This document shows positions 58,014 to 64,000 of a DNA stretch of 64,000 bases, piece after piece. The DNA comes from Candidatus Latescibacterota bacterium (lineage in GTDB: Bacteria > Latescibacterota > UBA2968 > GCA-2709665), in contig OZ242180.1 in NCBI GenBank assembly GCA_965205485.1, forward strand, positions 3,552,001 through 3,616,000, given 5' to 3'. Within the stretch, counting starts at the first letter, position 1. Each line of letters starts with the position of its first letter. Under the pieces are notes generated by a model. That model searched no databases. It saw only the letters and a list, made by a program, of their open reading frames with translations, and was not told the DNA's origin. The position numbers were made by a program, and so were the translations under genes.

Positions 58014-59033
58014 ATGACACCGCGTCCGTTGCTGGGGATCACGATGGGGGATGTATGCGGCATCGGTCCCGAGGTGATCGTCAAGGCGCTGAGCCATTCG
58101 AGTGTATACGCGTTCTGTCGTCCGCTGGTGATCGGCGACGCGGAAGTACTCGCCGCGAACCTGGCGCACGCAAGCCGCCGGCTCGAGGTCCGGTGCGTCG
58201 ACAACCCCGAATCGGGCGAGTACCGCTTCGGACGGATTGATCTCCGGGCGCCGGTCGACCTGGAACTTGCGCGGATAGAAACCGGTTGCGTGTGTCCCGA
58301 AGCGGGCCGGGCGGCCGTGGAATGGGTGGTCCGGGCGGCGGACCTGGCTGCAGCGGCGCGAATCGACGGAATCGTGACGGCGCCGCTGAACAAGGAGGCG
58401 ATGAACCGGGCGGGATTCCCGTATGCCGGACATACGGAATTGCTGGCAAAGCATCTGGGCGTTGCGGAAGTCCGTTTGATGCTGGCGTCCGAACGCCTGA
58501 ACGTAGCCCACGTCACCGGACACGTCGCGCTGCAGCAGGTGCCGGAGCGATTGACGGAAAAACGGGTTCTCGTCACCATCCGGCTGCTGCACAACGCCCT
58601 GACGGACATGGGCCGGCCGGATCCCCGAATTGCCGTGTGCGGCCTGAATCCGCACGCCGGCGAAGCGGGAATTCTTGGAAGAGAAGACGCGGATCTGATC
58701 TTGCCGGCCGTTCAAAGGGCCAACGCCGGGGGGATGCGGGTAACCGGGCCGCTTCCCGCGGATACGGTTTTTCTGAAGGCGTACAACGGCGGCTTCGACG
58801 GGGTGGTGGCGATGTACCACGACCAGGGTCACGCGCCGGTCAAGCTGGTGGCGTTCCACGATGCGGTGAACGTGACGCTGGGCCTGCCCGTCGTCCGGGT
58901 CTCCGTCGACCACGGCACCGCGTTCGATATAGCGGGAAAGGGCGTCGCGAACGAGGCCAATATGCTCAGCACCCTGCGCCTGGGCGCGCGCCTGGCCGAA
59001 AGGAAACGCGCGAGAGCCAAACGCGGTGAATAG
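58014..59033 (+). CDS. pdxA: 4-hydroxythreonine-4-phosphate dehydrogenase (PdxA family)
   Basis: ITMGD..GIGPE, GHTELL, GLNPHAGE, MYHDQG and SVDHGTAFDIAG. Confidence 0.9.
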   Translation: MTPRPLLGITMGDVCGIGPEVIVKALSHSSVYAFCRPLVIGDAEVLAANLAHASRRLEVRCVDNPESGEYRFGRIDLRAPVDLELARIETGCVCPEAGRAAVEWVVRAADLAAAARIDGIVTAPLNKEAMNRAGFPYAGHTELLAKHLGVAEVRLMLASERLNVAHVTGHVALQQVPERLTEKRVLVTIRLLHNALTDMGRPDPRIAVCGLNPHAGEAGILGREDADLILPAVQRANAGGMRVTGPLPADTVFLKAYNGGFDGVVAMYHDQGHAPVKLVAFHDAVNVTLGLPVVRVSVDHGTAFDIAGKGVANEANMLSTLRLGARLAERKRARAKRGE

Positions 59034-59060
59034 TCCGGCAGCCAGCGTCCGTCCCGGTAC

Positions 59061-59438
59061 TCAATCCATGCCGGCGATGAAGTCCATCGTGACAAGATAG
59101 TCGCCGGTGTCGGTGAAGACAGGTGACCGCGCCGGCGGGTTTTCCGGGAAGAAACCGGCGTAGGCGTCGTTGAAATCCGAAAATAGCGACCGGTCTTTGA
59201 GGAACACGGTAACCTTGAGCACGTTGTCCAGCGAGGTGCCCGCGTCCTCGAGGATGCCGGATACGTTGGTGAGGAGTCGTCGGGTCTGGGCTTTCACGTC
59301 TGCGGAATCCACCTCTCCCGTTTCCGGGTCGACGGGAGGCTGGGCGGATATGAATATCAGGTCGCCGTATATAATGGCCTGCGAGTAGGGGAATTTGGGG
59401 ATGTTCCCCTTCGAACTGGTGAACGGTCGTTTCTTCAT
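59061..59438 (-). CDS. RidA/YjgF family protein
   Basis: PYSQA, VLKVTVFL and PPARS. Confidence 0.8.
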   Translation of the reverse strand: MKKRPFTSSKGNIPKFPYSQAIIYGDLIFISAQPPVDPETGEVDSADVKAQTRRLLTNVSGILEDAGTSLDNVLKVTVFLKDRSLFSDFNDAYAGFFPENPPARSPVFTDTGDYLVTMDFIAGMD

Positions 59439-59695
59439 GAGGATATCCTTTCGGAAAAACGTACGGTTTACCAACTGAAGTTGCGGTAATATACGTTGAC
59501 AGTCTGCCCGTAACACAACTGTCTTTGCGCGGCGTGGTGCGCACGAATTCATCCTGCGAATCCCGATCCTGTCGGTGTTTACATTAGAAGTCACCATACA
59601 TGATTTAATCCTGCTAATCCTTTCATGCTGCGAATCCTGATCCCGGTTTTTGTGGTTTCGCGCCATACATATCCATATCGCGGAGGTATCGTAAA

Positions 59696-60928
59696 TTGAA
59701 ATTCCGACCGGACCTCGTTCCCGCGGCCGAGGAGGACAATCTGGAGGTCGTTCAGCTGACGGATGAGTCGATTCCGTCCTCGCACATTTACATGGAAGCG
59801 CAGATTTTCACGCCCGATTCGCGGCGGCTGGTGCTCCACCGCTCGGCGCATCCGCATGGCTCTGATCCGAAAGACCCGGAGCACCGGTACCTGGTGTGCG
59901 ATCTTGAGGACCACTGCCGCATGGCGCCCCTGACGACGGAACTGGGAACGACCGCGCCCTCCATCTCACCCGACGGCGACTGGCTCTACTACTTTGTGGA
60001 CGAAACCGACCCCGCGAATCCGGGACCGCTCACGCTCAAACGGGTGAGACTGGACGGGTCGGACCGCGAGGTGATTGACGTCCTGGACCATCCCGTTCCG
60101 AACACGGATTTCCGGCTCAGCCGTCCGTATCCACTCTCGACCATTTCGTCCGACGGAAGGCGAATCGCGATCTCCGGATTTCTGGGGGACGGCCGAACGG
60201 ACGGCGCCACCTGGGGTCTGCTCGTCTTCGAAATCAACGAGCCGTCCGTGCGGCTGGTCTTTCACGGACCCTCCTGGTGCAATGTCCACCCGCAATATAC
60301 GCGGCAGACCGATGCGGACGCCTCGCACGACATCATGATTCAGGAGAACCACGGCAACGTCGCATCCCCCGATGGTATGATCGAGAAGCTCACCGGCGGA
60401 ACGGGCGCCGATATCCACCTGATCCGGGACGACGGGACCTCGCTCCGGGACTTCCCCTGGGGGCGCGACGGGAACGAATTCTGCCAGGGACACCAGTGCT
60501 GGCAGGGGCGGTCCGACATCGCGATCACCAGCACGTCGACGCGTGAGCCGGACGAAAGGCAGCTCATTTCAGGCCGAGCGGCGGCGCACGTGGGGCACCA
60601 CGGAAACGGAACCCCCGGGGGATGGCGAAGTGATCTGTCCCGATCTTTCGACGTACCGGACTTCTACCATTTCGCCACGGACGCCTCGGGACGACGCCTG
60701 ATTACGGATGCCGGCCCCAGGGACGGGGGCGGCGCGGTCTGGCTGTTCGATCTACCCGGGGCCGATGATGGCGCGTTGTCGAACGCAAGAAGGGTTGCGA
60801 ACCCCGGGTCCACCTGGCGAAAGGACACCCATATCCATCCGTTCCTGGCGCCGGATGGAAGTTCGGGGTTTTTCAATTCAGACGAAAGCGGCACGCTGCA
60901 AACGTATATGGTACGCGGCTGGGCTTGA
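59696..60928 (+). CDS. Beta-propeller protein, oligogalacturonate lyase-like
   Basis: HIYME...FTPD, SPDG repeats and C-terminal HIHPFLAPDG..FFNSD. Confidence 0.65.
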   Translation: MKFRPDLVPAAEEDNLEVVQLTDESIPSSHIYMEAQIFTPDSRRLVLHRSAHPHGSDPKDPEHRYLVCDLEDHCRMAPLTTELGTTAPSISPDGDWLYYFVDETDPANPGPLTLKRVRLDGSDREVIDVLDHPVPNTDFRLSRPYPLSTISSDGRRIAISGFLGDGRTDGATWGLLVFEINEPSVRLVFHGPSWCNVHPQYTRQTDADASHDIMIQENHGNVASPDGMIEKLTGGTGADIHLIRDDGTSLRDFPWGRDGNEFCQGHQCWQGRSDIAITSTSTREPDERQLISGRAAAHVGHHGNGTPGGWRSDLSRSFDVPDFYHFATDASGRRLITDAGPRDGGGAVWLFDLPGADDGALSNARRVANPGSTWRKDTHIHPFLAPDGSSGFFNSDESGTLQTYMVRGWA

Positions 60929-61039
60929 TCGGACGATCGGACACGGAGCCGATCGACGCCCCGGCGGCCGTGCCCGCTGAGGCATTCGTTCGGGAGATTC
61001 GTTTGGCCTTAACTACAAAGCGTCATTGAGAGGCGTGCG

Positions 61040-61684
61040 ATGAAGAAAGCATTGATGGTGTACGGCGGCTGGGAGGGGCACGAGCCCAGACAGTGTGTGG
61101 ATATTTTCGCGCCGATCCTCGCCGGTGAGGGATTTGACGTGACGCTTTCGGATACAATGGACGTGTATCTGGATGCCGACCTCATGGCGGAGCTGAGTCT
61201 TGTGGTTCCGATCTGGACGATGGGAACCATCGAACGGTCGCAGGAGGAGGGGTTGCTGACGGCGGTCAGGAACGGCGCAGGGATAGCCGGCTGGCATGGC
61301 GGAATGGCGGACGCATTCCGAAACCACACCGAATATCAGTTCATGGTTGGCGGCCAGTGGGTGTCTCATCCCGGCGGCGTCGTCGACTACGAGGTGAACG
61401 TCGTGGACCGCGAGGACCCGATTACGCGTGGGATTCAGGACTTCAAAATGCATTCGGAGCAGTATTACATGCACGTGGACCCATCCAACCGCGTGTTGGC
61501 GACCACGACTTTCCAGACGACGGTGGCGCCGTGGGTAAACGGTTGCGTAATGCCGGTGGTGTGGAAGCGGATGTGGGGCGAAGGAAGGGTGTTCTACTCG
61601 TCGCTGGGTCACGTGGCCCGTGACTTTGACGTGCCGGAGGCGCGCGAGATTCAGAGGCGGGGGATGCTCTGGGCAAGCCGGTAA
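61040..61684 (+). CDS. ThuA domain-containing protein
   Basis: [22 protein letters not shown] and [10 protein letters not shown]. Confidence 0.85.
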   Translation: MKKALMVYGGWEGHEPRQCVDIFAPILAGEGFDVTLSDTMDVYLDADLMAELSLVVPIWTMGTIERSQEEGLLTAVRNGAGIAGWHGGMADAFRNHTEYQFMVGGQWVSHPGGVVDYEVNVVDREDPITRGIQDFKMHSEQYYMHVDPSNRVLATTTFQTTVAPWVNGCVMPVVWKRMWGEGRVFYSSLGHVARDFDVPEAREIQRRGMLWASR

Positions 61685-61719
61685 CGGGACCGGAATCCCA
61701 CCGGTTCCGTGCGAGAGGC

Positions 61720-61748
61720 TTGACAATGGCGCGCGGGTGTTGTATTTT
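61720..61748 (+). promoter_or_regulatory. Sigma70-type promoter of tRNA-Cys
   Basis: TTGACA-17 bp-TATTTT just upstream of the tRNA. Confidence 0.6.
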
Positions 61749-61763
61749 GAAATAATAGGGCGA

Positions 61764-61838
61764 GGCGGCGTGGCCAAGTGGTAAGGCAAGGGCCTGCAAA
61801 GCCCCGATTCGGCGGTTCGAATCCGCCCGCCGCCTCCA
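61764..61838 (+). tRNA. tRNA-Cys(GCA)
   Basis: Acceptor stem GGCGGCG/CGCCGCC, anticodon loop CTGCAAA, GTTCGAATC T-arm and encoded CCA. Confidence 0.95.
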
Positions 61839-62079
61839 TTTCACGGATGGACAAGCGACTGTCTTCTTAGAAGCTGATTTAAATTTCCTGGTGAGTCCCG
61901 AGCGCACGCGAAAATGTGTCGGTCAAGGCGGGCAAATTCGCCCATATTTGGGTTACGGGTGGATTTGACCAACGCAGACCGACGCTTTTGCAGCCGCGCG
62001 AAGACCGCTGGGGGTTTTAAGTCAGCTTCTTAAGATTAGTCGTTGTTTTTTTGGAAGTAGGAGAAACGTATAATCCCGC

Positions 62080-62108
62080 TTGACATTGTACCGGCGGATC
62101 GCTATTTT
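62080..62108 (+). promoter_or_regulatory. Sigma70-type promoter of tRNA-Leu
   Basis: TTGACA-17 bp-TATTTT, the same boxes as the tRNA-Cys promoter. Confidence 0.6.
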
Positions 62109-62118
62109 CGAATCCGGT

Positions 62119-62204
62119 GCCGGAGTGATGGAATTGGTAGACATAGGGGACTTAAAATCCCCCGGGCCGATAAGCCCGTGCCGGTTCGAGTCCGGCCTCC
62201 GGCA
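62119..62204 (+). tRNA. tRNA-Leu(TAA)
   Basis: Acceptor stem GCCGGAG/CTCCGGC, anticodon loop CTTAAAA, long variable arm and GTTCGAGTC. CCA is not encoded. Confidence 0.95.
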
Positions 62205-62237
62205 CTCATATGGTACCGAATCCAAGAGGGCTGTCCT

Positions 62238-62642
62238 ATGAAAATCGGAAACAAGGAATTGATCATTGTGGGGGACCGGGTCCTGGTCAAGCAGGAGGAG
62301 CTCCAGGAACGCACCGAGGTGGGTCTGTACCTGCCGCAGACGGTTGTTGAAAAGGAAGAGGTCCAGGGCGGCCGGATTGTGCTGACGGGTCCGGGGATGC
62401 CGCTGCCGCAGCCGCACGACGTCGACGACGAGCCCTGGCGGAGCGTACCGGATGAACCCAAGTACCTTCCAATGCAGGCCCAAGTCGGCGACTATGCCCT
62501 GTTCATGAAAAAGATGGCGATGGAGATTAAATTCGAAGGTGAGAAGTACCTGATTATACCGCACAACTCAATACTGGCGCTGATCCGGGAAGACGTCGGC
62601 GGACTGGAGGAGCTCGACGACGTTGAAGATTTCGAGACCTGA
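62238..62642 (+). CDS. Co-chaperonin GroES family protein (stand-alone)
   Basis: VGDRVLVK, GLYLP, G.IVLTGPG, VGDYALF and FEGEKYLII. Confidence 0.85.
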   Translation: MKIGNKELIIVGDRVLVKQEELQERTEVGLYLPQTVVEKEEVQGGRIVLTGPGMPLPQPHDVDDEPWRSVPDEPKYLPMQAQVGDYALFMKKMAMEIKFEGEKYLIIPHNSILALIREDVGGLEELDDVEDFET

Positions 62643-62672
62643 CAGCCCCGGCCCGACCCCGGCGCCGGGCTT

Positions 62673-63371
62673 CTATTCGGATCGACCGGCAACCGCAGGC
62701 AGATTCGAAAGCGGAGCATCCGGCTCGCCGGAGGGCGTGGACTTCAGCGCGTCAGGAATGACGACCCCCGCCGAGACGATCATCTGCATCGCCTCCTCCA
62801 CCGTGAGCGAGACGTTCCGCACCTTTTCGGGTGGAAACACCACCGTCCAGCCCGTGGCGGGATTGGGTGAGGTCGGTATAAACACGCAGCAACCGATCCG
62901 GCCATCCTCGTCCATCGGAATATCGCCCGTCGCAAAACCCAGGATCCAGAGCCCGTCGGACGGATATTCGGCGATGACCACCCGGTTGAAACCCCTGTCT
63001 TCGTCCGGTGAGACAACCGATTCCATGAACTGCTTTACCGGACCGTAGATGCTGCCGATTACCGGAAGACGTTTAATCAGATCGTCGCCCTTACCGATGA
63101 GGCGTTTGCCGAAGACATTCCCGGCTAACAGACCGGCAAGCCATATCAGGATAAGCGTCAGGACCAGCCCCAGTCCGAACACGTCGTTTTCGGTTTGAAA
63201 GATTCGCTTAACCAGGGGCTGAGCCAGTCCGTCGATCCACTGAAAGATGATCCGAAGAACGATAAACGTTACCGCAACCGGCACCAGAAGCGCGATCCCG
63301 GCTATTAGCGTACCGCGAAAGCTCATCCGTGCGCGTTTTCCCAGACTCGATATACGATTCTGCTGTCCCAT
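62673..63371 (-). CDS. DUF502 family membrane protein
   Basis: Two TM helices, LPVIGSIY and VFIPTSPNPATG. Confidence 0.88.
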   Translation of the reverse strand: MGQQNRISSLGKRARMSFRGTLIAGIALLVPVAVTFIVLRIIFQWIDGLAQPLVKRIFQTENDVFGLGLVLTLILIWLAGLLAGNVFGKRLIGKGDDLIKRLPVIGSIYGPVKQFMESVVSPDEDRGFNRVVIAEYPSDGLWILGFATGDIPMDEDGRIGCCVFIPTSPNPATGWTVVFPPEKVRNVSLTVEEAMQMIVSAGVVIPDALKSTPSGEPDAPLSNLPAVAGRSE

Positions 63372-63450
63372 CGTTCCTCTGCTCCGCATGCGCCGTAACG
63401 TCTCGTGGACCACTGCCGTTCCGAATTATACCGTCTTCACCAACGAAATG

Positions 63451-63619
63451 CTAGTGTTCTGTCCCAGAAATAAGTTGCCTAAATTCGGTCGCTGAGTCGC
63501 CCGTCTCGCAAGGCGCCGGAGCGCAGGCGACCTGCGTATGGTCGGCGAGCGAGGGGAACGTAGCGAGACGGGATGAATCGGCGGCCGAATGGTGAGGAAT
63601 TCTTGGGACAGGACACTAG
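63451..63619. mobile_element. MITE family 3
   Basis: TIRs CTAGTGTTCTGTCCCA / TGGGACAGGACACTAG (CTAG or TA target) around a long internal stem. Confidence 0.75.
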
Positions 63620-63621
63620 GT

Positions 63622-64000
63622 TCAGGGCGCCGATTTCACCTGGGTGAAGGACCTGGCCATGAGGTCGATCTGGCGAAGATAGGGTTCCTTGCGTTTGTTC
63701 GGTGAATACACCCCGCAGTCGATGTAGTAGAAACGGTCCGTTTCCACGTCCACGAAAGCGTAACTCCTGAATGGGCCCCCCGCCCATTTTTTCTTGTTTT
63801 CCCATAAGCCCTGCAGGACATACGCCAGCTTCCCGGCAAATTCAGCCTGGCCGATCTCCAGGTGGTCCTGTACAATCCGGTCCCGCTCGAAAAACCTCCG
63901 GGTGATGTCGTTGCGTTTTCTGATGCACCATTCCTCCGAGAGTTCATCGGGCGAGATGCCGTCCTCCCAGTAGACGAACAACCAACGGTTGGGTTCCTCC
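63622..64000 (-). CDS. DUF4837-like protein, C-terminal part (partial)
   Basis: GLWEN...GGPFRSY...VYSPNKRK, with the frame open to the window edge. Confidence 0.65.
   Translation of the reverse strand, partial: EEPNRWLFVYWEDGISPDELSEEWCIRKRNDITRRFFERDRIVQDHLEIGQAEFAGKLAYVLQGLWENKKKWAGGPFRSYAFVDVETDRFYYIDCGVYSPNKRKEPYLRQIDLMARSFTQVKSAP

Noticed and set aside
61764..62204. tRNA genes as island attachment sites
   Set aside because: No duplicated tRNA 3' end or integrase was seen in the window
62238..62642. GroES without groEL as a novelty
   Set aside because: Stand-alone GroES-family paralogues are common
1..64000. CRISPR array or cas genes
   Set aside because: There are no regularly spaced direct repeats with unique spacers. 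The repeats found are dispersed or palindromic

Overview
GC-rich bacterial chromosomal window of about 55 genes. There is no rRNA, CRISPR array, integrase or transposase. Four PhyH-type dioxygenases, a sulfatase and its maturase, DUF6785 and many sugar or amine catabolic enzymes suggest an uncultured heterotroph of the Latescibacterota/Poribacteria sponge-symbiont kind (inference only). Main blocks: (1) sulfite oxidase, beta-barrels, sulfatase and a GH172-like hydrolase (1-10 kb); (2) an accessory islet with truncated YhcG, an MNT-HEPN toxin-antitoxin pair and two tandem unknown membrane-anchored Cys-rich proteins (10-13.6 kb); (3) an EndoQ-like PHP nuclease fused to a UvrD helicase that ends in a beta-clamp motif; (4) a 10-gene N-methylglutamate-type amine oxidation cluster (glxBCD, soxBDAG, GS-like ligase) with a second glxB/glxC pair (22.7-34.4 kb); (5) a long co-oriented catabolic run (34.7-49.5 kb); (6) housekeeping genes with tRNA-Cys, tRNA-Leu and a lone GroES-like gene. 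The intergenic DNA holds at least three families of non-autonomous miniature elements with target-site duplications. Two of these families have different ends but share an internal motif. There are also GTAG-type REPs, heptamer arrays and a potential intrastrand triplex. Three single-base frameshifts may be assembly errors. Family assignments come from motif recognition by eye, not from database searches.
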